Shown here piece by piece: positions 1-9,527 of a DNA stretch of 56,372 nucleotides. The notes below the pieces were generated by a model. It was given only the letters and a program-made list of their open reading frames with translations. It searched no databases and was not told the DNA's origin. A program made the translations under genes and the position numbers. Position 1 is the stretch's first letter. Each line of letters begins with the position of its first letter. The stretch comes from Polyangiales bacterium (GTDB taxonomy: Bacteria; Myxococcota_A; Polyangia; Polyangiales; Ga0077539), in NCBI GenBank assembly GCA_039809605.1, contig JBDHVF010000001.1, forward strand, positions 1 through 56,372, given 5' to 3'.

Positions 1-38
1 CCCCGCCGCAGCCCCCGCAGCCGGGCGCCGCGCAGCCC

Positions 39-833
39 ATGGCCGCCGACCTCCCGCAGCACGCGAGGGAGCGCCTCGCCGCCATGCGGCAGCACCACTT
101 CTTCACCAGCGACCTGTCGGTCAACGAGTTCCTGCTGGTGAAGGAGGTGGGCTTTCAACCCCTCGGGCTCGTGATGGGGAGCAGCATCTATCACATCGGG
201 TTTCAGCCCGTTCGCCAGGGCATCAGCGAGGAGCTCACCACCCTCACGCAGGCCCTCTACCACGCGCGCGAGCTCGCCATGGTGCGCATGGAGGAGGAGG
301 CCGACGCGCTCGGCGCCGACGGCGTCGTGGCCGTGCGGCTCACGGTGAGCGTCCACGCGTGGGGCTCCAACGTGATCGAGTTCCTCGCGATCGGCACGGC
401 CGTGCGCCACGAGTCGGGGCAGAGCTGGCGCGCGCCCGACGGCAAGCCCTTCACCTCCGACCTCTCGGGGCAGGACTTCTGGACCCTGCTGCACGCGGGC
501 TACCGGCCGCTCGGCCTGGTGATGGGCAACTGCGTGTACTTCGTCGCGCAGCCCCAGGCGCCGCAGGGCTACGGCGCGCCGGGGATGCAGAGCATGGAGC
601 TCACCGGCCCCACGCAGGCCTTCTACGACGCCCGCGAGCTCGCGATGGAGCGCATGCAGGCCGAGGCCGAGGCCCTCTCGGCCGAGGGGATCGTCGGGGT
701 CATCGTCGACGAGAGCAACCACACCTGGGGCTCCAACGTGCTCGAGTTCAGCGCCATCGGCACGGCCGTCACGGCACTGCGCGCCGACCACGAGATCCCC
801 GCGCCCGCGCTCGTGCTCACGGTGAACGACTGA
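39..833 (+). CDS. Duplicated-domain YbjQ/UPF0145 (DUF74, putative heavy-metal-binding) family protein, paralogue 1
   Basis: 264-aa track ORF with two internal repeats. Each repeat reads FTSDLSxxEF...G(F/Y)xPLGLVMG...ARELAMxRMxxEAxAL.A.G(V/I)V.V...SNVxEFxAIGTAV, the pattern I associate with small YbjQ proteins. The frame stays open back to nt 3, so the N-terminus could lie upstream of the window. Confidence 0.75.
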   Translation: MAADLPQHARERLAAMRQHHFFTSDLSVNEFLLVKEVGFQPLGLVMGSSIYHIGFQPVRQGISEELTTLTQALYHARELAMVRMEEEADALGADGVVAVRLTVSVHAWGSNVIEFLAIGTAVRHESGQSWRAPDGKPFTSDLSGQDFWTLLHAGYRPLGLVMGNCVYFVAQPQAPQGYGAPGMQSMELTGPTQAFYDARELAMERMQAEAEALSAEGIVGVIVDESNHTWGSNVLEFSAIGTAVTALRADHEIPAPALVLTVND

Positions 834-1816
834 TGCCCTCGCGCCCCCTCGACCTCGTCGCGAGCCTCTCGCACGTCGCCCGCGGCGGCATCCCCCTGCG
901 CGCCCAGGAGCGCCTCGCCGAGGAGCGCGGCGAGCGCCGCAGGCTCTTCACCAGCGACCTGTCGGTCAACGAGTTCGCCCTCGCCAGGGACGCCCGCTGC
1001 GAGCCCATCTCGCAGGTGATGGGGAGCTGCATCTACCACGTCGCCCAGGTCGACGATTACAAGGGCAAGACGGGCGAGGAGACCGTCATCAGCGACGCCC
1101 ACCGCGAGGCGCGCCGCAGGGCCCTCGCGAGGCTCTATCAAGAGGCCGCGTACGTGGGCGCCGACGCCGTGATCGGCGCGCGGCTGCGCGAGCGGATGAT
1201 CACCATGGGCGCGCGCGGCAAGGGCGGCGACGACGGCGGCGAGGTGCTCGAGTTCACCGTGGTGGGCACCGCCGTGCGCGCGCCGTGGATCACGCGCTAC
1301 CCCGGCCAGCCCGTGGTGACCGACCTCTCGGGGCAGGACGTGTGGGCCCTCGCCCAGGACGGCTACGAGCCCTGCGGGTTCCTCTTCGAGTTCTGCCGGT
1401 ACCACGTGTGGCACGTGACCCGGGGGTCGGCGCGGCACGGCGAGATCGCCGCGGCCAACGACGCCATCGAGCGGGCGCGGTCCATCGCGGCGAACAAGAT
1501 CCTCCGGCAGGCCGCGCAGGTGGGCGCCGAGTTCGTCGTCGGCAGCGACATCTCGCTCGAGGCGCGCGAGGTGCCGTGCGGCTTCGAGGGATGCGAGCGC
1601 AACGACCTCGCGGTCGACCTGAGCTGGTTCTGCACGGGCGTGCGGCGCGTCCCCGGCGCGGCCCACAGGGTGACGGTCGACGTGCCGCCGCTCATCCTCT
1701 CGATGACGCCCGTGGGGCGCAGGCGCGACGAGACCATCGACGCGGGCGACGACGCCGACGAGGTCGCGCGCGCCGCCGAGGACGCCGAGGAAGACGCCGC
1801 CGAGGCCGACGGGTGA
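833..1816 (+). CDS. Duplicated-domain YbjQ/UPF0145 family protein, paralogue 2 (acidic C-terminal tail)
   Basis: ATG 833 overlaps the preceding TGA by 1 nt (TGATG); 327 aa. It has RAQERLAEERGERRRLFTSDLSVNEFAL plus a second VVTDLSGQDVWAL repeat and EF.VVGTAV-type ends. The 485-aa track ORF from 359 is this gene with an out-of-frame upstream extension. Confidence 0.7.
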   Translation: MPSRPLDLVASLSHVARGGIPLRAQERLAEERGERRRLFTSDLSVNEFALARDARCEPISQVMGSCIYHVAQVDDYKGKTGEETVISDAHREARRRALARLYQEAAYVGADAVIGARLRERMITMGARGKGGDDGGEVLEFTVVGTAVRAPWITRYPGQPVVTDLSGQDVWALAQDGYEPCGFLFEFCRYHVWHVTRGSARHGEIAAANDAIERARSIAANKILRQAAQVGAEFVVGSDISLEAREVPCGFEGCERNDLAVDLSWFCTGVRRVPGAAHRVTVDVPPLILSMTPVGRRRDETIDAGDDADEVARAAEDAEEDAAEADG

Positions 1817-1823
1817 CCGCGCC

Positions 1824-2933
1824 ATGAGCACCGACCACGACCCGGGCGCGCGGCGCCCCATCGCCGACGACCTCCCGAGGCACGCCCGCGAGCGCATCGC
1901 GGAGATGCGCGAGAGGAAGCTCTTCACGAGCGACCTGTCGGTCAACGAGTTCCTGCTGGTGAAGCAGGCGGGCTTCGACCCCCTCGGGCTCGTGATGGGG
2001 AGCTCGATCTACCAGGTCGCGCCGGTCGTGCCGCGCGTCGCGCCGGGGCAGCCGGGCGCCGAGGTCGTCGACATGACCCGCGCGCTCTACCACGCGCGCG
2101 AGCTCGCCATGGCCCGCATGGAGGAGGAGGCCGACGAGCTCGGCGCCGACGGGGTCATCGGCGTGCGGCTCACGGTGAACCTCAACACCGACCCGACGCG
2201 GCAGGCGTGGGAGCAGTTCCGCGTGTGGCAGCGGTGGGCGAGGGGCGTCGGGTACTCGCGCGCGCAGACGCAGTTCACCGCCGCGTGGCGCCCCGACTGG
2301 CCCCAGTACGCGTGGAACCAGTGGCTCGCGTGGCTCCAGCAGCAGGGCACGGGCTTCAAGCCCCCGCCGTGGGCGCAGCCGACCTCGAAGGCCAGCTACC
2401 AGCTCGGCGCCAACGTGGCCGAGTTCATCGCCGTCGGCACCGCCGTGCGGCACCGCGGCGGCGAGTCGTTCAAGAACAAGCAGGGGAGGCCCTTTCAGAG
2501 CGCCCTCTCGGGCCAGGAGTTCTGGACGCTCCTGCGCGCGGGCTACCGCCCCGTGGGCTTCGTGATGGGCAACTGCGTGTACTACGTGCCGCCCGAGCTC
2601 CTGCGCGCGCCCGACGCGCAGAGCTGCGAGCTGGCGCCGTACACGCACGCCCTCTACGACGCGCGCGAGCTCGCCATCGAGCGCCTGCAGGCCGAGGCCG
2701 AGGCCCTCGACGCCACGGGCGTCGTCGACGTCACCGTGAGCGAGCAGCAGCACTCCTGGCGCGGCGCGCCGTGGAACGTAGGCAACGCGGCGCTCCAGTC
2801 GGGCGAGCTCCTCGAGCTCTTCGTGCTCGGCACCGCGGTGGTGCCCATGGCCACGCGCGAGCCCGCGCCCCGCGCCGCGATGGTCCTCCTCGCCAACGAC
2901 GCCCCGCCCGCACCCGAAGGAGGCGAGCGATGA
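1824..2933 (+). CDS. Duplicated-domain YbjQ/UPF0145 family protein, paralogue 3 (Trp-rich insert)
   Basis: 369-aa track ORF starting 7 nt after paralogue 2. It has the same DDLPRHARERIAEMRERKLFTSDLSVNEFLLVK start and a second ALSGQEFWTLLRAGYRPVGFVMGNCVYY repeat. A ~75-aa W-rich insertion sits in domain 1. Confidence 0.75.
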   Translation: MSTDHDPGARRPIADDLPRHARERIAEMRERKLFTSDLSVNEFLLVKQAGFDPLGLVMGSSIYQVAPVVPRVAPGQPGAEVVDMTRALYHARELAMARMEEEADELGADGVIGVRLTVNLNTDPTRQAWEQFRVWQRWARGVGYSRAQTQFTAAWRPDWPQYAWNQWLAWLQQQGTGFKPPPWAQPTSKASYQLGANVAEFIAVGTAVRHRGGESFKNKQGRPFQSALSGQEFWTLLRAGYRPVGFVMGNCVYYVPPELLRAPDAQSCELAPYTHALYDARELAIERLQAEAEALDATGVVDVTVSEQQHSWRGAPWNVGNAALQSGELLELFVLGTAVVPMATREPAPRAAMVLLANDAPPAPEGGER

Positions 2934-3829
2934 TCGCGCGCCCCGCGCCCGCCCTCAGCGACCTGTCGGTGACCGAGTTCCTCACGCTGTCGCGCATGGG
3001 GTACCTGCCCCACGGCCTGGTCATCGGGTCGAGCGTCTACGAGGCCGACACCACCGGCCCGAGCACCTTCAGCCTCTGGGATTTCTTCTTCAACCCGAGC
3101 GCCGCGCAGGCCCCGCCGCCCGCGGTCACGGGCGAGGTCGTCGCGCTCAGCGAGGCCGTGCGCGCGGCCCGGGCCCTCGCCACCGAGCGCATGCGCCACC
3201 AGGCCGCCGAGCTCGGCGCCGAGGGCGTCGTGGGCGTGCGCCTCCACGTCGAGCACCACCTGTGGCGCGGCGGGCACCAGGTCGCGAAGTTCATCGCGAT
3301 GGGCACCGCGGTGGCCTTCGACCACGCGCACGGCCCCGCGGAGCTGCGCGGCGCGCCGTCGCTCCTCCTGGCCGACGGGGGGCCGTTCATGAGCGACCTG
3401 TCGGGGCAGGACTTCGTCGCGCTCCTGCGCGCGGGCTACCGCCCGGTCACGGTCGCGAGCGGCACCTGCGTCTACCAGCTCGACCCGCAGGAGGTGCTGC
3501 GCTACCGCGGCTACAACGCCGAGATCGGCTCGTACACGGGGGCCTTCTTCGACGCGCGCGAGACCGCCATGGGGCGCCTCCAGTACGACCTCTTCTCGCG
3601 CTGGCCTCCGGGCCACCCCGACGCGCCCGCGGGCATCGTGGGCATGACCGTGCGCGAAGACGCCCACCGGCCGCAGACGCTCCAGGGCCGCGTCTCGGCC
3701 ACGGGGCCGCAGGGCCCCGTCGTGGAGTTCACCGCCGTCGGCACCGCCGTCGCGCCGCTGCACCCGGCCGACCCCCGGCGCGCGCCGCAGCGGCCGAAGC
3801 CGCGCGTCGTCGTCCCGCTCGACCGGTAG
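2930..3829 (+). CDS. Duplicated-domain YbjQ/UPF0145 family protein, paralogue 4 (most divergent)
   Basis: ATG 2930 overlaps the preceding TGA (ATGA); 299 aa. Repeat hallmarks are LSDLSVTEFLTLSRMGYLPHGLVIGSSVY and FMSDLSGQDFVALLRAGYRPV, with ends AKFIAMGTAV and VEFTAVGTAV. Confidence 0.7.
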   Translation: MIARPAPALSDLSVTEFLTLSRMGYLPHGLVIGSSVYEADTTGPSTFSLWDFFFNPSAAQAPPPAVTGEVVALSEAVRAARALATERMRHQAAELGAEGVVGVRLHVEHHLWRGGHQVAKFIAMGTAVAFDHAHGPAELRGAPSLLLADGGPFMSDLSGQDFVALLRAGYRPVTVASGTCVYQLDPQEVLRYRGYNAEIGSYTGAFFDARETAMGRLQYDLFSRWPPGHPDAPAGIVGMTVREDAHRPQTLQGRVSATGPQGPVVEFTAVGTAVAPLHPADPRRAPQRPKPRVVVPLDR

Positions 3830-3845
3830 CGCGCCGGCGCCGCGG

Positions 3846-4952
3846 TCACCCTTCGCGCTCGGCCACGTGCGCTTCGAATCGCTCCATGTGGGCGCCGAGG
3901 CGCTCGCGGAGCTCCGCCTCGATGGGGTCGGTCACCGACGTGTCGGCGCCCGACGCGCGGAGCTCCCGCAGCACGCCCAGCGCCGCCACCGCGCGGTTGG
4001 CCGCGAGGAAGCACAGCGCCAGGTCGGGCACGAGCTCCCTCACCGCGGGCTCGAGCGTGAGCGCGCGGCGGATCAGCCCGATGGCCTCGACGCGGCGGCT
4101 CGTGGCGATGAGCAGCCGCGCGAGCGTGCGGTAGAGCTCGCCCGCGGCGGGGCCGTCGTGGGCGTACTGCACCGCGAGGCGCAGGGTCTCTTCGCCCTCG
4201 TCGCTGCGGCCGAGGAGGTGCAGCGACTCGCCGAGCACGCCCAGCGCGCGGCCGAGGTCGGCGCGGGTCTTGGGCTCGAGCGCGGCGCCCTCGGGCGTGC
4301 GGAGGTACATCAGCAGCGGCGCGACCCACGGGCCGAGGCGCGCCACCACCTCGTCGTAGCGGCCCGCTTCGAAGTCCTCGCGGGCCACCTCGGCCTGCTC
4401 GAGGTCGATGGCGACCGAGCGCGCGCGCTGCTGCTGCAGCACGTCGATCACCCGCGAGCGAAGAAAGCGGCGGAACTGTCGCAGCGGCACGGCCTCCTGG
4501 CCACGCTCGTGGGCGAGCACGAGCTTGGGGTCGTCGGCTTCGGGCGACGCCTCGAGGCGCAAGAGGGTCAACCCGAAGAGCGGCGCCAGGAGCACGTATC
4601 GCGCGCCGATGCACTCGCGCAGCTCGCCCGCGTCGGGCACGTCGCTGAGCTCCACCACGCTGTCGGCGTCGCCGAGGAGCGCCGCCATCACCTCGGAGCG
4701 CAGCGCGTCGGGGGGGCCCGAGTCGGTGACCTCGTTGCCGTCGCTGTCGCGCACCCACTGGAGCGTCGTGACCTCGCCCGTGCCCCGGTCGATGCCCGCC
4801 GACACGATGCGAAAGCCCGCCACGAGCGAGAGCGCCACCAGGGCCTCGCCGAGCGACTCGCACAGGCGCCCGAGCGCGGGCACGCTCGTCACCACGCGCT
4901 CGAACCACCCGTCCGAGCGGATCGCGTCGAGGTCGTACGCCCGCGCGCTCAC
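3846..4952 (-). CDS. Hypothetical protein, helical-repeat (TPR-like by eye) C-terminal half
   Basis: GTG 4952 overlaps the TGA of the upstream epimerase gene (GTGA); 368 aa with natural composition. The 678-aa track ORF is this gene extended out of frame across the epimerase gene. Confidence 0.6.
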   Translation of the reverse strand: MSARAYDLDAIRSDGWFERVVTSVPALGRLCESLGEALVALSLVAGFRIVSAGIDRGTGEVTTLQWVRDSDGNEVTDSGPPDALRSEVMAALLGDADSVVELSDVPDAGELRECIGARYVLLAPLFGLTLLRLEASPEADDPKLVLAHERGQEAVPLRQFRRFLRSRVIDVLQQQRARSVAIDLEQAEVAREDFEAGRYDEVVARLGPWVAPLLMYLRTPEGAALEPKTRADLGRALGVLGESLHLLGRSDEGEETLRLAVQYAHDGPAAGELYRTLARLLIATSRRVEAIGLIRRALTLEPAVRELVPDLALCFLAANRAVAALGVLRELRASGADTSVTDPIEAELRERLGAHMERFEAHVAEREG

Positions 4953-5953
4953 GTGGCGTCGGCCCCCTTCGGCGGCGCCGCCTCGCGCCGCTCGCGCTCG
5001 AGCTTCTCGCGGTACCACACGATCGTGCGCATGAGCCCGTCCTCGAGCTCGACGCGGGGCTTGTACCCCAGGAGCTTCTCGGCCTTGTTGATGTCGGGGA
5101 TGCGCAGCTCGACGTCGGGGAAGGGCCAGTCGACGAAGCGGATCTCGGAGCGCGAGTCGGCCAGCCGCACGATCGTGCGCGCGAGCTGGTAGATCGTCAC
5201 CGTGGCCCTGGGGTTGCCGATGTTGAAGCTCTGCCCGACGGCCTCGTCGCGCTCGAGCGTGAGGAGGATGCCCTCGACGATGTCGTCGATGTAGCACCAC
5301 GAGCGGATCTGATCGCCCTGGTTGTGGATGGTGATGGGCTCGTCTTTGAGGGCGCGCACCACGAAGGCGTGCACGGCGCCCTCGCCGACCTGCCCCGGCC
5401 CGAAGATGTTGAACGGACGGATCGACACCGTGGGGAGCCCGAACTGCTTCTGGTAGCAGTGGCAGAGGTGCTCGGTGGCGAGCTTGCTCACGGCGTACGT
5501 CCAGCGGGCCTCGCCCACGGCGCCGAGCGTGGTCACGTCGCCCTCGCCCACGCGAAAGGCGTAGCGGCCGAAGACCTCGCTCGTGGAGAAGTCGACGAAG
5601 CGCTTGATGGCCGGGCCCTTCTCGGCCGCGGCCCGCAGCGCGTTCATGGTGCCCTCGAGGGCGATCTCCATGGTGGGCACGGGGTTCTTGAGCACCGTGT
5701 CGACGCCCGCGATGGAGGCCAGGTGCACGACGTAGTTGCAGCCGTCCATGGCCTTCGCGAGCGCGGCGCCGTCGCGCACGTCGCCCGCGACGAGCGTGAC
5801 GTTGCGGTGCTTGTCGAGCCCCGCGGGCGTGAGGGCGTTGCGCCGGAGCAGGTCGAACACGACGCACTCGTTCGACTCGCACAGCCGCCGCACGAGCGCC
5901 GTGCCGATGAACCCCGCGCCGCCCGTGAGCAGCACTCGCTGTCCCTGGATCAT
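4949..5953 (-). CDS. NAD-dependent epimerase/dehydratase (extended SDR) family protein
   Basis: 334 aa. It has an N-terminal Rossmann motif (LLTGGAGFIGTAL), a catalytic YxxxK (YAVSKLATE) and a typical sugar-nucleotide epimerase/dehydratase layout. Confidence 0.9.
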   Translation of the reverse strand: MIQGQRVLLTGGAGFIGTALVRRLCESNECVVFDLLRRNALTPAGLDKHRNVTLVAGDVRDGAALAKAMDGCNYVVHLASIAGVDTVLKNPVPTMEIALEGTMNALRAAAEKGPAIKRFVDFSTSEVFGRYAFRVGEGDVTTLGAVGEARWTYAVSKLATEHLCHCYQKQFGLPTVSIRPFNIFGPGQVGEGAVHAFVVRALKDEPITIHNQGDQIRSWCYIDDIVEGILLTLERDEAVGQSFNIGNPRATVTIYQLARTIVRLADSRSEIRFVDWPFPDVELRIPDINKAEKLLGYKPRVELEDGLMRTIVWYREKLERERREAAPPKGADAT

Positions 5954-6001
5954 GGTCGTGGTTGTCTACCCCAAACCCGCGCCTGGGGGAACAAGGGACG
6001 C

Positions 6002-7666
6002 TCAGGGTGCCGGCGCGGGCCCGCCCGTACGAGGCGCGGCGGGGGAGCTGTCTTGACGGAGCGAGGGGCGGCCGCTCTGCACCGAGAACGCGGCGGCGAA
6101 GCGCGAGCGGGTCGAGGCGCTGGTGACGTCTTCGAGGTGGTACCAGGCCGCCTGCACGCGGTCGGCGGTGACGTCGAGCAGGGCGAAGCCGCGGTGCGTG
6201 AGGTCGATGAACTTCATGTGCGGCGCCTCGGCGCGCACCTGGTCGGCCAGGCCCGCGAGCGCCGAGGGAAAGCCCGGCGAGGTGATGCCCGGCACCACGA
6301 ACTCGACGGCGAGCGAGCCGCGGCCGGTGGCCGGGTCGTACGTGGCCGCGTCACGCGGGGTCTCGGCGAGGTCGTTGCCCCACGAAGAGTGGATGTCGCC
6401 CGTGAGCACCACCACGTTGTTCACCCCCATCTCGCGCAGGAGGCTGAAGAACCGCGCGCGCGCCTGGGGGTAGCCGTCCCACTGGTCGGTGTTCAGGAAC
6501 TGAACGAGCTGGGCCATCATCACCTGCTGGCCCACGAGCCTCCACCTCGCGTGCGAGGCGCGCACCGTGTCGACGAGCCAGCGCTCCTGGTCCATGCCGA
6601 GCAGCATGCGATCCGAGGGCGAGGGGCCCCCGTCGACCACGGAGGGCTGCATGTCGCGGCCCCACATGCGCGTGTCGAGCAGCACGATGTCCGCGAGGTC
6701 GCCGTACGAGAGCGAGCGCCAGATGCGCCCGTCGGGCGTGTCGCGCACGGGCATCCACTCCCACCACGCGCGCCGCGCGGCGGCCTTGCGCTCGTCCCAC
6801 GAGCCCTCGGTCATGGGCATGTGGTTCTCGGCGCCCTCGCGGTACGCGTTGTCGGCGAACTCGTGGTCGTCCCAGACGGGGATGATCGGGTGCTGCCGGT
6901 GCAGCGCGCGCACGTCGGCGTCCCTGCGGTAGTGGCCGTAACGCCTGCGGTAGTCCGAGAGCGAGACGACCTCGGTGGGCGGGTCGTACATCCGCACGCT
7001 GCCGTACGCGCCGTTGGCGTACTCGTAGATGTAGTCGCCCAGGTGCAGCACCGCGTCGAGGTCGCTCTGCCGCGCGATCATGCGGTAGCCGTGGAAGTAC
7101 CCGTGCGCGTAGCTGGCGCACGAGGCCACGGCGAAGCGCAGGCGCTCGGTGGCCCCGCGCGGCGCCGTGCGCGTGCGCCCCACGAGCGAGGTCACGCCCC
7201 CCGCGCGGAAGCGGTAGTAGTACGTGCGCCCCGGCATCAGGCCCGTGACGTCGGCCTTCACGCACCAGTCGCGCATCTCCTCCGCGCGGGCCATGCCCTC
7301 GCGCATGTTCATGGTGAACGCCGGGTCGTCGGCGATCTGCCACGTCACGTCGATGGGCGCCGTCGAGCCCGCGGGGGGCGTGACGCGCGTCCAGAGCACC
7401 ACGGCCTCGGGCAACGGGTCGCCGCTCGCGACGCCGTGCGCGAAGGGCATCGGAGACTCGGGCTCGGCGCTCGGGGCGATGGCGGTCCAGCCCTCGTCCA
7501 TGCCGGCGTCCGAGGCGTCGGCCGGCGTCATCGCGTCGGAGGCGTCGGGGGGGAGGCCCCCATCGGCGGGCGCCGCGGTCGCGTCGTCGTCGCAGCCTGC
7601 GGCGAGGGTCGCGACGCCGAGCGCGGTCAGCCACTGGAGCAGTTCACGGCGGGAGAGGTTGTCCAT
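6002..7666 (-). CDS. phoD: Alkaline phosphatase D family protein with Tat signal
   Basis: Start set at ATG 7666, which gives the twin-arginine leader MDNLSRRELLQWLTALGVATLAAGC. PhoD-type metallophosphatase motifs are present, including PVWDDHEFADN; 554 aa. Confidence 0.9.
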   Translation of the reverse strand: MDNLSRRELLQWLTALGVATLAAGCDDDATAAPADGGLPPDASDAMTPADASDAGMDEGWTAIAPSAEPESPMPFAHGVASGDPLPEAVVLWTRVTPPAGSTAPIDVTWQIADDPAFTMNMREGMARAEEMRDWCVKADVTGLMPGRTYYYRFRAGGVTSLVGRTRTAPRGATERLRFAVASCASYAHGYFHGYRMIARQSDLDAVLHLGDYIYEYANGAYGSVRMYDPPTEVVSLSDYRRRYGHYRRDADVRALHRQHPIIPVWDDHEFADNAYREGAENHMPMTEGSWDERKAAARRAWWEWMPVRDTPDGRIWRSLSYGDLADIVLLDTRMWGRDMQPSVVDGGPSPSDRMLLGMDQERWLVDTVRASHARWRLVGQQVMMAQLVQFLNTDQWDGYPQARARFFSLLREMGVNNVVVLTGDIHSSWGNDLAETPRDAATYDPATGRGSLAVEFVVPGITSPGFPSALAGLADQVRAEAPHMKFIDLTHRGFALLDVTADRVQAAWYHLEDVTSASTRSRFAAAFSVQSGRPSLRQDSSPAAPRTGGPAPAP

Positions 7667-7774
7667 CGCGACGGCGCTTCTATCACAATCCCCGCGTCGC
7701 CGGTCACACGACGCGCCACTGGTGCATGCGCTCGCCACCGCGCACGCCGCGGTTTTCACGGCCTCTCTCCCGGC

Positions 7775-8665
7775 ATGGCCCGTGCGATCGCGGCGGCCAT
7801 GAGCAAGCAACACTCGTCACGTCGATGGACGCTCGCCGCGCTGGCCGCGGGCGTCTTCGCGGCCTTCACCTCTCGCAGCGAGGCCAACAACCCCGTCGAG
7901 GTCGAGCTCTCGGCGACGCCGTACGGGGGCACCACCAGCGGGCAGCTCCCCGCGCGCGCGGGCGGCTGCGCGTTCGCGCCCACGGTCGGCACCACGTTCG
8001 CGGGCGTGGGCGGTGGCGTGCGCGTGCGCCAGCGCGCCTCGCGGAACGACCCCACGCGCGGGCTCACCGTGGCCGCGCAGGGCGCGGTGGAGTACCAGCG
8101 CAACGACCTGCGCTCCGAGGGCAGCGACCACCAGACGGCGATCCCCGCGGACCAGCCCATGGCCGCGGGCTCGGTGACGGTGGGCTACGACTGGCGCTGG
8201 TTCGGCGTGCGCGCGGGCGCGCTCGTGCGCGAGGTCTACGGCGACCCCGAGATGCCGAGCGGCTGCGACCCGTACACCAACATGACCTCCTACGAGGCGT
8301 GCCTGCGCGGCGCGACGTACCCGCACACGCGCGCGAGCGTGTTCCCCGAGGTGGTGCTGCGCGGGGGCGCCTCCGACGGGCTGCACGGCGAGGTGGGCGT
8401 GGGGTCGTACTCGCCCGCGACGCTCACGCGACCGGGCGCGTTCGTGGGCGTGGGGTACACCACGCGCACGGGCTTCGACGTGACGGCGCGCGCGGGCGTG
8501 CAGAACACCGTGGGCGAGACGGGCAGCCAGCGCTACGACCTCTCGGGCGCGGTGCCGCTCGGCGACCGGGTGACCGTGGGCGTGGGCGGCGCGGTGGTGA
8601 ACGGCGAGTCGCGCGTCGACTTCGACGGACGCGCGACGGTGAGCGTGCGCCTCGGCGGGCCGTGA
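7775..8665 (+). CDS. Hypothetical secreted, beta-rich envelope protein
   Basis: Only the last ~296 codons of the 1113-aa track ORF look real. ATG 7775 (alternative ATG 7799) gives a signal peptide ...WTLAALAAGVFAAFTSRSEA. The rest is a Gly/Val/Thr-rich alternating sequence. No family recognised. Confidence 0.6.
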   Translation: MARAIAAAMSKQHSSRRWTLAALAAGVFAAFTSRSEANNPVEVELSATPYGGTTSGQLPARAGGCAFAPTVGTTFAGVGGGVRVRQRASRNDPTRGLTVAAQGAVEYQRNDLRSEGSDHQTAIPADQPMAAGSVTVGYDWRWFGVRAGALVREVYGDPEMPSGCDPYTNMTSYEACLRGATYPHTRASVFPEVVLRGGASDGLHGEVGVGSYSPATLTRPGAFVGVGYTTRTGFDVTARAGVQNTVGETGSQRYDLSGAVPLGDRVTVGVGGAVVNGESRVDFDGRATVSVRLGGP

Positions 8666-8680
8666 CCCGACGGCGTGCAG

Positions 8681-9304
8681 TCAGTGCCCGCGGCGCGCGC
8701 GGACCTTCGCCTGCACGTCGTCGGGCAGCGTGGCGACGTAGTCGTCGCTCAACGCGCGCAGCAACGCGTCGGGCAGCGCGAGCACCTGCTCGGACTCGGG
8801 GCGCGCGGCGAGCGTCTCGGCGAGCTGCTCGGGCTTCAGCGCCGCCGCGATCTGCTCGGGCGCGAGTCCATCGAGCCGCTGCGCGGGGGTGAGGCCCGCG
8901 ACGTACCGTCGGACCCACTCGTCGTAGCCGTAGAGGTCGGGGGTGGCCATGGTGCTCGAGTCCTTGTTGCGCATGCTCTGATGTTGCCCCACCCACTGGT
9001 CGCCTTCCAGCGTGCGCAGCGGCCGCCCCGCGAACCAGCGCCGCAGGTCGTCGTCCTCGCGCTCGGCCACCGCGCCCAGGTCGATCACCACCAGCGGCAG
9101 CGGCGCGCGCTCGATCGGGTGGTAGCCCGTCTCCGACGCGGGCAGCGCGAGGTCGAGCTCGTCGAGCTCGTCGCGTAACGACGTGTTGATCGACGGCACG
9201 GCGAGCAGCAGCGTGACCTCGTGCACGGCCAGCCGCTCGGTGAGCGAGCTCGAGGTGCTGGTGGGCGGCGACCGCCGCAAGGACCTCGAGCGCAACGTGC
9301 TCAC
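8681..9304 (-). CDS. Hypothetical protein (start uncertain)
   Basis: 207-aa ORF with GTG at 9304. Composition is plausible from about residue 24 onward. The C-terminus has LxPEQ-like repeats (GLTPAQRLDGLAPEQIAAALKPEQLAETL). The 5' end abuts the anomalous 9305-9527 region. Confidence 0.45.
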   Translation of the reverse strand: MSTLRSRSLRRSPPTSTSSSLTERLAVHEVTLLLAVPSINTSLRDELDELDLALPASETGYHPIERAPLPLVVIDLGAVAEREDDDLRRWFAGRPLRTLEGDQWVGQHQSMRNKDSSTMATPDLYGYDEWVRRYVAGLTPAQRLDGLAPEQIAAALKPEQLAETLAARPESEQVLALPDALLRALSDDYVATLPDDVQAKVRARRGH

Positions 9305-9471
9305 CTGCGCGCGGGTGGGCAGCGGCCGCGGAAGAGAACGAGCGCCTGCTCGAAGAAGAGCGCGAGCGCGCGGAGCAGGAGCGCGAGCGTGCCGAGCGTG
9401 AGCGTGCGCGCGCCGACGAGGCGGAGCGGGAGCTGGCGAGGCTCCGCGCGGAGCTCGCGGCGGCGAGGGGA

Positions 9472-9507
<36 letters not shown>

Positions 9508-9527
9508 GGGGACGACGCGGGCGTCGG

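Noticed and set aside
5324-8665. 1113-aa plus-strand ORF, the longest in the track
   Set aside because: It runs antisense through the well-supported epimerase and PhoD genes, and its translation there is R/G/A/H/V-rich with no motifs. Only its last ~296 codons (7775-8665), which have a signal peptide and natural composition, were kept as a gene.
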